Program-made: the position numbers and the translations under genes
Part shown: one piece after another, positions 10,441-20,247 of the stretch
Position numbering within the stretch: position 1 is the stretch's first letter
Layout: each line of letters begins with the position of its first letter
The notes under the pieces: model-generated
What the model was told of the DNA's origin: nothing
Database searches by the model: none
What the model saw: the letters and a program-made list of their open reading frames with translations, nothing else
Source of the DNA: Methanomassiliicoccaceae archaeon
GTDB taxonomy: Archaea > Thermoplasmatota > Thermoplasmata > Methanomassiliicoccales > UBA472
Assembly (NCBI GenBank): GCA_963789555.1
Contig: CAWBKY010000001.1
Location: 24,105-88,104 of the forward strand
Direction of reading: 5' to 3'
DNA length: 64,000 bases

Positions 10441-11601
10441 TCAACCGCTCAGGGTCATGGTCACGATCTGCTTGAACTCGTCCTCGCTGACCCGGCCCTT
10501 CTTCTCTCCCAATCTCTTCACTTGGGAAAGGATGGAGTTGAGCTGCTCCTCGGTGGCCTTCTTGCCCAGCTCGTCGACCCGCTTGCGCACGTAGTTGATG
10601 CCAGTGTGCTTGCCCATCAGGATATGGCGCTTGTTCCCGACCGCCTCGGGCGGGATGCTCTCATAGGTCAGCGGGCATTCCAGTATGGCAGCGACATGGA
10701 TTCCGGACTCATGGGAGAACACGTTCGGCCCCACCAGCGGCTGGTTCATGGGGCGAGGTAGGCGGGTATAGGTGGCCACAAGGTCGCAGAGCTCGGTCAT
10801 CTTGCTGCAGTCGATGCCCAGGTCGCAGTTGTAGATGTACTTCATGGTGGGAACGAACTGTTCCAATGGCAGGTTGCCCGCCCTCTCCCCGATGCCGTTC
10901 ACGGTGGTGGTCACCGCTTTCGCCCCCGCCTTGATGCCGGCGATGGCATTGGCGAGGACCAGACCGAAGTCGTTGTGAAGATGCAGGGACACCGGCGTCC
11001 TCACATTGGCACAGATGTGCGAGACCATTTGGGTCATGGCCTCCGGGGAGGCGCATCCGACCGTGTCCGTGATGCCCAGCCTGACCGCTCCGGACCGCTC
11101 GGCGGTATGGAAGACCTGAAGCAGGAAGTCGAGGTCGGTCCGGGTGCTGTCCTCGGCGCTCAAGCTGGCCTTCAGCCCCCTTTCGCTGCAGTAATCGATG
11201 CTCTCGGCCACTTTCTCCAGGACGAACTCCCGGGGCTTCTTGAACTTGTACTTCAGATGGATGTCCGATGTGGCGATGAAGAGCAGCACCATGTCCACCT
11301 CTGCCTCGGCGCAGGCATCGATGTCCGCCTTCGTGAGGCGGCATAAGGACAGTATGTCGGCCTTGAGACCAAGGGAGGAGACCTCCTTGATGGCCTTCAT
11401 CTCATTCTCCGAGACGGCGGCGAAGCCAGCCTCTATCTGGGGCACCCCGATCTCATCGAGCTTGATGGCGATCTCCACCTTCTGCTCGTTGGTGAACGCC
11501 ATCCCTGGCGTCTGCTCCCCGTCCCGCAATGTGGAGTCATAGACAATGACGTCGGTCAGGTCCAGCTTGGGATTGTAGGGGCTCAGCGCCGTAAGCTGCA
11601 T
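10441..11601 (-). CDS. homocitrate / 2-isopropylmalate / citramalate synthase family (short AksA/LeuA/CimA-like form)
   Basis: Intact 386-aa ORF: VYDSTLRDGEQTPG, HLHNDFGL and SHESGIH motifs of the HMGL-like DRE-TIM aldolases. The length fits the short archaeal homocitrate-synthase-like forms. Confidence 0.8.
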   Translation of the reverse strand: MQLTALSPYNPKLDLTDVIVYDSTLRDGEQTPGMAFTNEQKVEIAIKLDEIGVPQIEAGFAAVSENEMKAIKEVSSLGLKADILSLCRLTKADIDACAEAEVDMVLLFIATSDIHLKYKFKKPREFVLEKVAESIDYCSERGLKASLSAEDSTRTDLDFLLQVFHTAERSGAVRLGITDTVGCASPEAMTQMVSHICANVRTPVSLHLHNDFGLVLANAIAGIKAGAKAVTTTVNGIGERAGNLPLEQFVPTMKYIYNCDLGIDCSKMTELCDLVATYTRLPRPMNQPLVGPNVFSHESGIHVAAILECPLTYESIPPEAVGNKRHILMGKHTGINYVRKRVDELGKKATEEQLNSILSQVKRLGEKKGRVSEDEFKQIVTMTLSG

Positions 11602-11726
11602 GCCACTGCGTTAGCCTCAGCGGTTTAATAAGTTTTTTCAGGGACAAACACCTCCACAGGTCCTAGGATATCATGGACAAGCCCGCAGGCACGCCCGCCC
11701 ATTTCATAAAGGTCATCCATGGCAGC

Positions 11727-12136
11727 ATGGAGCTGAACATACCCGACCTCGCTCTTTGACGAAGGCACTGCCAAGGTACGACCGACCGAGGCGAAGAAGT
11801 TGCGGGAGAAATTGAAGTGCCAGTATCCTTGGCTGACGGACAATGCCGTGGACGTCATATTGAAAAGTTCCAGCGAGGAGATGTCCCGTTTGATCGAGCA
11901 GCGGAAATCAGCTGCCCAGAAGGCCCGGGAGATGTTGAGGTCGGGACGATACCAGCAGGCGTTGGACTTCCTCGACGTCCACTTGGACCTCTACCCCGAG
12001 GATGTCGGATTGTTGGTATGTCCGGTCCGAGGCCCTGTTCAAGCTTGACCGTCCCGAGGAGGCGTTCCGTGCCATGCGCCATGCGCAGAATCTTGGACAA
12101 CAGAAGCGAGGGATTTCAACGACGGTCCGAAAATAA
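11727..12136 (+). pseudogene. hypothetical protein with TPR-like C-terminal segment; about 2 frameshifts
   Basis: MELNIPD.. / ..LFDEGTAKVRPTEAKKLREKLKCQYPWL...RSGRYQQALDFLDVHLDLYPEDVGLL / ..YVRSEALFKLDRPEEAFRAMRHAQNLG.. read across three frames. The reconstruction is tentative. Confidence 0.3.
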
Positions 12137-12977
12137 GGCGTTGATGGCCGCCGCCACCTCTAGGGTGGTCGCCCCCCAGGGCACCATGGCTATGCTGCCA
12201 TGCACCTCATGACCCTCCTTCACCTTGCAACATTTGATGATCGTAGGCACACCATCTTCCATCACCAGGTTCTTGGGGCACATGTCCACGGATTCCGGGT
12301 CGTATCCGTACACGGAACGGAAGATCCGGCGGGAGAGGTCGCAGCCCACCAACGTCACCTCCTCAAGGTCAAGTTCCGGCGTCTCGTCCAGGTAGAAGAC
12401 CTTCTTGCATGAACGCAGCCCGGATGCCCGGCAGGGGAACATCACCGCCATCGGTGCGCACGCGGGCCTCCATCTCGTTCAGGTCTATGTCCTCCACCAT
12501 TGGGACGATGGGAAGTTCCACCAGCCCCGTGGAGAGCGCCCGTCCCACCAGCACGGAGAGCTTGGAAGGTCTTGGTGGTACGACATCCAATATCCTCAAC
12601 CTCAGGACCCGTTCTACCTTAAGGAATGACACGTGGTTGAACATGCCTGATACCACGACGGTCTTTCCGTCGTTCTTGAGGACCTGTTCTGCCATCTGTG
12701 AGACGTTCAGCACATCTATGCCGTCGTCCTCGATGAAGACCGAATCGCTCGGAAGTGATACGATCTCGACATCGACGATGTCACGGAAGAGCTCCTTGCC
12801 CTTTGCCTTTTCAACCCGGATGACGGCCGTGTCGTTCCCATATCTTAGGACCATATAGTCAGTCCTGGTGTAGGCCTTCATGCCCAAGGCCTTCTCAACG
12901 ATATTGCTCTCGGTGAGCGGGAAGTCCACCTGGCGGAGTGAGACGTCCTTGCAATGATCGGGAATCATCGATGGCAT
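12116..12977 (-). pseudogene. hypothetical protein, no family recognised; one frameshift
   Basis: Two minus-strand ORFs (12977-12369 and 12451-12116) join near 12440: ...NEMEARVRTDG / MFPCRASGLRSCKKVFYLDETPELD...DMCPKNLV... Confidence 0.4.
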
Positions 12978-13137
12978 ATTGTCAACTCGATTATTTCTCA
13001 TATCTGGATGGGATGATGGGCTTTCTGATCGATCCATCCCAGGGGTCGAATAATGCGCCCCACGCAGGAATGGTGTCATCAATGACATCGATATATAGAG
13101 GTGAATAGAATGATGGATTAACCTCCTGGGTGGTTCT

Positions 13138-14021
13138 CATGGCCGATGCATTGATCGTATTGTTACAGGTATTTGGGCTCCTGTTCGTGGTCGGAAGCAT
13201 GCTGGCGATGGGATTCAGCCTGACGTTGAACATGATCGTCCAGCCGTTGAAGGATTGGAGGCTTGACCTGTTAGGGTCTCATCGGTAATTTCGTCATCGT
13301 CCCTGCCATCATCATCGGGGCCGGTTCGGTGCTAGACCTGCCAGATGATGTAAAGATAGGGTTCTACATTCTTGCATTGGCCGCAGGGGCGCCGTTCCTC
13401 CCCAAGTTGACGCAGTTCGCAAAAGGGAACATAGCCTACGCAGTTGGCTTGATGACCATGTTGATGGTGGTGTCGATCATAGTGCTTCCATTGGTGCTAC
13501 CGCTGATCGTAGAGGGCGTCAAGATAAATCCCTGGGATGTGGCAAAACCATTGATATTCCTGATGTTGACCCCTTTGGGGATAGCGTTGTTCATCAAGCA
13601 AAGATATCCGGACTTTGCAGACCACGCTGCGAAGCTCCTCAATTCCGTGACGACGATCAGCCTTTTCGCATTGTTGTTCCTCTTCTTTGCCCAGTTCTGG
13701 GAGCAGATCATTGATACTTTCGGAACTGGAACGATAGGATTCGCGATATTCTTCATCGCGATCGCACTCGTCATCGGTTATTTCCTAGGTGGAAAGGATC
13801 AAGGGACGAAACGGGTATCCGCCTTAGGCACAGCTCAGCGCAACATCGCAGCTGGCATACTGACGGCAACTGTCAATTTCCAGGATAGGCCGATGGTCGG
13901 TGTGACTGTGCTCGTCGTCTCCTTGGTCGGGCTTGTCATGTTGATGATCTTGGCCGGGGAATGGGGGAGGAAGAAATCCGACGGGGGTTCAGCCCCGAAG
14001 AAGGAGAGCCCGGTCTCATAG
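13138..14021 (+). pseudogene. bile acid:Na+ symporter (BASS/SBF) family transporter; one frameshift
   Basis: MADALIVLLQVFGLLFVVGSMLAMGFSLT...PLKDWRL.. then (other frame) GLIGNFVIVPAIIIG...multi-TM...GTAQRNIAAG. Junction at GGG 13274-13276 (one G too many). Confidence 0.75.
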
Positions 14022-14132
14022 GGTCAAATGGAATGACCATCGATAATTTAATAAAAAAGGAGCCCCAACCTTGGATCATCCGATCATTTTATTAAATGTC
14101 TAAACGGAAATATATCAAAAGGGACATTCAGG

Positions 14133-15069
14133 ATGTCAGGGATGGCGATGCAAGAAGGTTTGGAGGTCAGCGTCAGCACCATCAGGGAACGCCTTTTCAT
14201 GGAGAGGTTGCGTCTCGTGCAACCGGAGAAGGCCGACGCCCTGCCTAAGATGAAGGTGAAGGACCGCGCCCGCTACGTCGAGGACAATTGGAAAAAGCTC
14301 TTCCCCGGTCCTGACCCGGCACTTTTACGGGTCGTGAAAGGTCCTGTCCTGAAATTGGTGACGAAGGGCATGGACGGAGAGGCGGACGAGGTGGTGCGCT
14401 CGCATTTGGAACCTCAGATCAAGGCCAAGATGCACAACACCACTGAGCTCTACATCATCATGCTCCGGTACGCCTATAACGTCAAGGACCACACGCCAGA
14501 GGAGCAGAGCCGACTCCTGCTGAACTATTACCTGTTGTTGGTAGAGGGCGTCTATACCGCCCAAGTGAACCTTGTGGCCTATCTCCTTACCAAGGCCGGT
14601 GCGACATACCGCTCCTCCAAGGCGGTCAGCGAGCACGGCCATCAGGGCGGTTCTTTGGGCATGATCGAGGAGGACAGCCTATGGAACAAGCTCCGTTTCC
14701 TGGAGGAGAACGGTTTCGGGTTCATAGTTGAGGCATGCGACAGACAGCTCCGCAACTCGGTGGCGCACCTGGATTTCATCGTCTTCACGAACGGTTGCGT
14801 GGGTTACGGTGCCAACCAGAGGAACTCCAGGATCATGAAGTACGAGGAGCTCGTGCACAAGGTGGAGGCATTGAAGTCCATATCCGACGCCATGGACCTG
14901 GCGGCGACCGAATCGGTACAGGCCTGGAGGGAGGAGGCGAAGAGGCCGAAAGCCCAAGCCGGCGGCGAAGAAGACCAAGGAAAAGGACCCGGTGGAGATA
15001 TTGCGTCAGGCAGAGACCAGGCCATCGAAGTCCCGCAAGGCGCAAGGGGATGGCGAGGTCAGGCTCTGA
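14133..15069 (+). pseudogene. hypothetical protein with HEPN-like Rx4H motif and Lys-rich tail; one frameshift
   Basis: Helical protein with CDRQLRNSVAHLDFIVF (R-N-x-x-A-H). The C-terminal tail KPKPAAKKTKEKDPVEILRQAETRPSKSRKAQGDGEVRL* is reached after removing one A from AAA 14949-14951. It is preceded by an AT-rich spacer with AAATATATC about 20 nt upstream of the ATG. Confidence 0.45.
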
Positions 15070-15107
15070 TAGTCACCTTAATATCTCAGCAAAACATCAG
15101 GAGGCTA

Positions 15108-15993
15108 ATGGACAAGAACCAGCTGGCCTTGGTCGCGGTGCTTGGTGGCATCGTGGTTTTCATCATCAAGCTCAGCGCCTATTTCGTTTCCAATTCCATC
15201 GCCCTCTTCTCGGACGCACTGGAATCGATCATCAACATAGTGGCGTCGATAATGTTGCTATTCTCCCTGAGGATCGCCGCAAGACCAGCTGACGCCGAGC
15301 ACGAGTTCGGTCATAAGAGGGCGGAGAACATCTCCTGCCTCATCGAAGGCATGTTGGTCCTGGTGGCCGCCTTCTTGATCATCGAGGCGAGCGTGGGCCG
15401 AATATTCGATCCAGTGGAACTGAGCTCGGTGGACCTGGCGCTGCGTCATATCGCTTTCCGCCACGGGACTGAACGCCTTACTGTCCTATTCACTCTGGAA
15501 GGAGTCAAAACGGTCAGGGTCCATCGCAATGGAGGGCGATTCCAAGCATCTGCTGTCTGACGTCCTATCATCGATCGGAGTGGTGGTTGGGCTTTTCATC
15601 GCCAGCGTGACCGGTTATACCATATTGGACCCTTTGATGGCGCTGGTGGTGGCCGCGCTCATCATCAAGATGGGCATCGGCCTGCTCAGGAAATCGAGCA
15701 ACGACCTCATGGACCACCGCTGCCCTGAATCCGAGCAAAAGATCGCCGAGGTCATGAAAAGGGACCATCCTTCAGTGGAATATCACGATCTCAAGACCCG
15801 CAAGAGCGGAGACACGGTGTTCGCGGAGATGAAGGTGTGCGTGGACGGTGATCGCACAGTGAAGGAGGCCCATGATCTGACAGAGAGGATCGAGAAGGAC
15901 CTGGAAAGGGAAGTGCCAGGCATCAATGTCATCATCCATGTCGAAGACAAAAAGAAATGCGGTCTGAAGGGTCCGACCGAGCAACATGCCTGA
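15108..15993 (+). pseudogene. cation diffusion facilitator (CDF) family metal efflux transporter; one frameshift
   Basis: AGGAGG 15098-15103 then ATG 15108: MDKNQLALVAVLGGIVVFIIKLSAYFVSNSIALFSDALESI...HEFGHKRAEN... / ..SIAMEGDSKHLLSDVLSSIGVV...cytoplasmic domain. Shift near 15447. Confidence 0.8.
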
Positions 15994-16078
15994 TAGGTCC
16001 GGTCAGTCCATCCATAGTATCCAACCCGCATAACCAGGAATAAAGGTTTAATATCCCGGATGGAATCAGCCTGGTCAG

Positions 16079-16166
16079 GCCGGGATGACAGAGCGGCCAT
16101 GTGGCGGACTGCAGCCCATATGGCGGATATCCGCATACCCGTGTTCAAATCGCGGTCCCGGCTCCA
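16079..16166 (+). tRNA. tRNA-Cys (GCA) with 14-nt intron (16115-16128); CCA encoded
   Basis: Hand-folded cloverleaf: acceptor GCCGGGA/TCCCGGC; D arm ACAG-AGCGGCC-ATGT; anticodon stem GCGGA/TCCGC; loop CU-GCA-G[intron]A; variable ATAC; T arm CCGTG-TTCAAAT-CGCGG; discriminator U73 (the Cys identity element) plus CCA. The intron sits at 37/38 in a bulge-helix-bulge (helix CTGC/GCGG, bulges AG^C and AT^A). Confidence 0.85.
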
Positions 16167-16192
16167 CTTTCCCTTTCCTTTTCTCACCGCTC

Positions 16193-16757
16193 TCAGACGT
16201 CGATGAACATCTCTTTGATCGGAACGCCCCAAGAGGAACCCATCCGTTCTGATACGCCCCGGATCGCTTCTGGCCTTCGCTCGGCAAGGCTTATTTTCTT
16301 CCCGTTCCTCAGGTTCGCCCTCAGTTTCATTCGTGGGTTGATCTTCATCATCTCCGCAGACCGTGAGTTGCCTTCTTTGCTGAATCGGAAGATGACCAAT
16401 TCCAAGCTCTCGATCTGCTCCCGCGGCAGGAACTCCGGCACGCCCTTGACCTTTCCCAGAACGCTCTGGGGCGGCACTAGCCCATCGGAATACACCAGCA
16501 AGGGCTTGGTTATCGGCGAGAAGGAATAGGACATGAACATTATCTGGAACATGGCCATGACCGCCAGAACTGACCAGGAACAAATACCTCAAAGACCCCA
16601 AGGACTCGCCCTCGGGCAGGATGAAGAGGCCATAACCCACCATGGCCAGGGCTATGATGTCCACCACGATCGATACCTTGATCGCCTTGCCCTTTGCCGC
16701 CGCATCCTCTGGTTCTGGTTCCAGTCTTTCCCATTGGACATGCTCAGACGCGTTCAT
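16193..16757 (-). pseudogene. hypothetical membrane protein (2 TM helices + soluble domain, possibly bacterial-PH/DUF304-like); one frameshift
   Basis: GGAGG RBS then MNASEHVQWERLEP...IVVDIIALAMVGYGLFIL...YLFLVSS / ..MAMFQIMFMSYSFSPITKPLLVYSDGLV...KEMFIDV*. Shift near 16555. The domain assignment is weak. Confidence 0.4.
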
Positions 16758-16770
16758 CCTCTTCCTCCGA

Positions 16771-17981
16771 TTAGATGATGGCGGCATTGCCTCCACACCC
16801 ATATCTCTTTTTGGTGAGGATATCACTCGATGCATCCGTTCGGTTCTCCATCAATCTTGACACAGCCCATTCCATCTCGCCCGAACCTGAGGGTCGGTCT
16901 CGGTCCCCACCATGGCGCTCAGGACGGGCATGCTGTCCTTTGAGCCTAACATGGCCAACGCCCATGCCGCATGACCTCGAACCAGTGGTTGTCGGTCGGA
17001 CAGGGACCCCTCAAGGGTCTTTATGAAAGAGATGTCCCCCGAATTGCCCATGGCGATCATGGCGTTGCGTCGCAGCAGATCAGGGTCCAGAGAGGGATTT
17101 CCGGACCGGGCCAACAATCCTCTGAGCTCCGTCTGGGCTCGCTTTTGCTACCCAGCGTAAATCCAAACCGTCGCCCATGACCGACAACGAAGCGGTTCTC
17201 CAGGTCGATCAATGGCGGGACCGACTCATTGCGGGGGCAGACCTCCTGGCACAGGTCGCATCCCAATATCCTCATGCCTACCGCCTCCCTGTGCTCGAAA
17301 GGCACTGGACCAGGTGAGGAGAGGATGGTGGAAAGGCAGCGACCGGAATCGAGCACGTAAGGTTCCTTTATGGCCTTGGTGGGACAGAGGCGGAGGCATC
17401 GTTGGCAGGCGCCGCATCGCGGTTCCGATTCCTCGTCCGGCCTGAGCTCCAGGTCCGTGACCACGGTACGGAACAGGAGCCAAGATCCGAAGTCCTCGTT
17501 CTGGATGTTGGTGTTCTTGCCATAGACGCCCACCCCAGAACGATGGGCCGCCGCCTTGACGGGCAATTTGACATCGATGGCCTCCGCCCCATTCCCCCTC
17601 AGATATTCGATGAGGAGGTCCCTCTTGCCATCAAGGTAAGGATAGAAATCATACCAGTGTTCCCTGGCCACCCTCCCTCCTCCAACCTCGCCACCCTTAA
17701 CTCCAGGAACTGGGAGATAGGTACCTGATCCCGATCACGATGATGGACCGGGCGGAGGGCAGGGAATGCCTCGGGTCGGCCCAGGCCTCCATCGACCCTT
17801 CATCGTTAGGCAACATGGACGGCGGGACCCTCACCCAACCGTTCTTTAGGCCGAGCCCCATCTCCTTACGCCATCTGGTGAATGGCTGGACATCGGTCAC
17901 ACCGACCAGGTCGATGTCGATGGAACGGCAAAATCTCTTGATGTCGTCGGAGGTGAGCATGATCATCGACCGACCTCTCAT
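16771..17981 (-). pseudogene. QueG-like (epoxyqueuosine reductase family) Fe-S protein with C-terminal HEAT repeats; about 4 frameshifts
   Basis: N-terminus ..DIDLVGVTDVQPF..; core RCGACQRCLRLCPTKAI ... ILGCDLCQEVCPRN (two 4Fe-4S motifs); C-terminus LLRRNAMIAMGNSGD...QPLVRGHAAWALAMLG (PBS-lyase HEAT-like). Fragments lie in several frames, with shifts near 17690, 17110 and 16880. Confidence 0.6.
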
Positions 17982-18008
17982 CCACCTCTATTTGAGGATT
18001 TCAACCAT

Positions 18009-18546
18009 CTACCATCTTTCGTGGTGGACTATCTCGGCCATATCTTTGCGGTTCTTGCTACCGATCAGGGTGCGGGTCATCCTGTCCCGTCAGACCCTCC
18101 TTCTCCGCTGGGTAGCCCAAGGGGGTGATGGCCACCACCTTGATGCCATCGGGAATGCCCAGGGTCTGCTTAACGGTCGCCTCATCGAAGACCCCCAACC
18201 AACAGGTCCCGAGCCCAAGGTCGGTGGCGGCCAGGACCAGCTGTTGCATGGCGATGCTGACGTCCACCAGGTAATATTGGATGCCGTTCCGGTCACCGCT
18301 CTGTCTCGGGTCTCCGCAAGCCACTATCGCCAAGGGGGCGCCCTTCAGCCAGCCGTTGATGTTGCCCCCAAGCTTCTTGATCACCTCTTTATCGCTGACC
18401 ACGATAAAGCTCCAGCATTGTTTGTTCTGCCAGGAGGGGGCTATCCGCGCCGCCTCCAAGACCACGTTCAGTTTCTCCTTCTCCACCTCGCCTTCTCGGA
18501 AACTGCGCACGCTCTTCCTCTCCCTCAGGACATCCATGAGCTCCAT
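18009..18546 (-). pseudogene. nitroreductase family protein; 3'-terminal frameshift
   Basis: MELMDVLRERKSVRSF...APSWQNKQCW...GLGTCWLG...GYPAEKEG. The family-typical end ..RKDMAEIVHHERW* is in another frame (shift near 18090). Confidence 0.8.
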
Positions 18547-18646
18547 TATCGCACCTCTGTGGAATGGAATGGGAGGACCGATACTCAATAGGCTAGGTTC
18601 GAGCGAATCAGTAATTACCCTGACGCGGTATATCGAGGGCGATATC

Positions 18647-19561
18647 ATGCTCTATGATAGCATCCTTCAGACTGTGGGTCGGACGCCGACGGTGCGATTG
18701 AACAACATGGTGCCATCAGGCTCGGCCGAGGTGTATGTCAAATTGGAATCGTTCAATCCCACCCATTCCATCAAGGACAGGGCCGCACTGGCCATGATCG
18801 AGGAGGCCGAGAGGGACGGTAAGCTGAAACCGGGAATGTGCGTGGTCGAGCCCACGTCCGGGAACACCGGTATCGGGTTGGCCATGGTATGCGCGGCCAA
18901 GGGTTACCACCTCATCCTCACCATGCCAGAGAGCATGAGCCAAGAGAGGAGGAAGCTGCTCAAGGCGCTTGGGGCGGAGATAATCCTCACCCCGGCAGGG
19001 GAGGGCATGGCCGGTGCGGTGGCGAAAGCTCGGGAGGTATGCCATTCCAAGGAGGGGAGCTTCATACCCATGCAGTTCGAGAACAGTGCCAATCCTGAGG
19101 TCCATTACCGTACCACCGCCCAGGAGATATTGGCCGACCTTCCGGACGTCAACGCCATCGTGATGGGGATCGGTACCGGGGGCACCATCACCGGCGTGGG
19201 GCGGGCCATCAAGGAAAGGAAGACCGGTGCCTGGATCATCGGGGTGGAGCCATCGGCGTCGCCCGTGCTCAGCCATGGCCGGCCCGGACCGCACCGCATC
19301 CAGGGCATCGGCGCTGGCTTCGTCCCCAAGGTCTACGACCGCACGGTGGTGGAATGGGTGATCGGGGTCAAGGACGAGGAGGCCATCGCCATGACCCGCA
19401 GACTCGCCAAGGAGGAGGGCATCCTGGCCGGCATCTCGAGCGGGGCGGCCTTGCACGTGGCGATGGAGTTCGCCCAGCAATTGGGGACAGGGAAGAAGGT
19501 GCTGGCCATACTTCCGGACACCGGAGAAAGATATTTGAGCACTGACCTATTTTCTGAATAG
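18647..19561 (+). CDS. cysK: cysteine synthase (O-acetylserine sulfhydrylase)
   Basis: Intact about 305 aa: MLYDSILQTVGRTPTVRLN...NPTHSIKDRAA (PLP-lysine)...TSGNTGIGLA...GIGTGGTITG. Confidence 0.9.
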   Translation: MLYDSILQTVGRTPTVRLNNMVPSGSAEVYVKLESFNPTHSIKDRAALAMIEEAERDGKLKPGMCVVEPTSGNTGIGLAMVCAAKGYHLILTMPESMSQERRKLLKALGAEIILTPAGEGMAGAVAKAREVCHSKEGSFIPMQFENSANPEVHYRTTAQEILADLPDVNAIVMGIGTGGTITGVGRAIKERKTGAWIIGVEPSASPVLSHGRPGPHRIQGIGAGFVPKVYDRTVVEWVIGVKDEEAIAMTRRLAKEEGILAGISSGAALHVAMEFAQQLGTGKKVLAILPDTGERYLSTDLFSE

Positions 19562-19564
19562 GGC

Positions 19565-20214
19565 ATGAGCTGGAAGGAAGACGTCTACACAGTGATGGAG
19601 CGGGACCCCGCGGCCAAATCGTTCAACGAGGCCTTCTACTTCAGCCCCGGGCCTTCATGCCATACTGCTCCAGCGCATCTCCAATCGTCAATACAAGAAA
19701 GGCAACTTCATGATGGCCCGGGCCATCAACTACTTCGCTCGATGGGTCACCGGGGCGGACATCCATCCCGGGGCGACATTGGGCAAGGGGTTCTTCATCG
19801 ACCATGCCACCGGAGTGGTCATCGGGGAGACCACCATCATCGGTGACAATGTGTCGCTGTGGCAGGGGGTGACGTTGGGCGGGGTGGCCTCCTCCAAGGT
19901 TAAGCGTCATCCCACCATCGGGAACAATGTGACCATTGGGGCGCACGCGGTCGTGCTGGGTGACATCACCATAGGCGACAACGTCAAGATCGGGGCCGGT
20001 TCCGTGGTGGTCAAGGACGTCCCTCCTAACTGCACCGTGGTGGGGGTTCCAGGTAGGGTGGTCAAGAAGGAGGGGGTGCCGGTCAAGGTGGACCTTAGGC
20101 ACGACCAGCTCCCCGATCCGGTCTCCCGACATGATAATGAACCTGAGCAACCAGCTCACATTATTGGACGAGAGGATAGAACGTATCGAGAAAGCCCTCG
20201 AAAAGGGGAAATAA
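19565..20214 (+). pseudogene. cysE: serine O-acetyltransferase; 2 frameshifts
   Basis: [19 protein letters not shown].. / ..[49 protein letters not shown] (hexapeptide repeats) / ..[25 protein letters not shown]. Shifts near 19650 and 20125. Confidence 0.85.
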
Positions 20215-20247
20215 TATTATTTTCATCGAGGGTCAGAGGCGCTCACC

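Noticed and set aside
11625-11858. 77-aa minus-strand ORF upstream of the homocitrate-synthase-like gene
   Set aside because: It has no motif or homology. It overlaps the reconstructed start of the plus-strand TPR-like gene and sits in a promoter-like spacer.
15783-16835. 350-aa minus-strand ORF spanning the CDF gene 3' end, tRNA-Cys and beyond
   Set aside because: It crosses a well-folded tRNA and the antisense of the CDF gene. Only its 16560-16757 portion is used, as the N-terminus of the small membrane protein.
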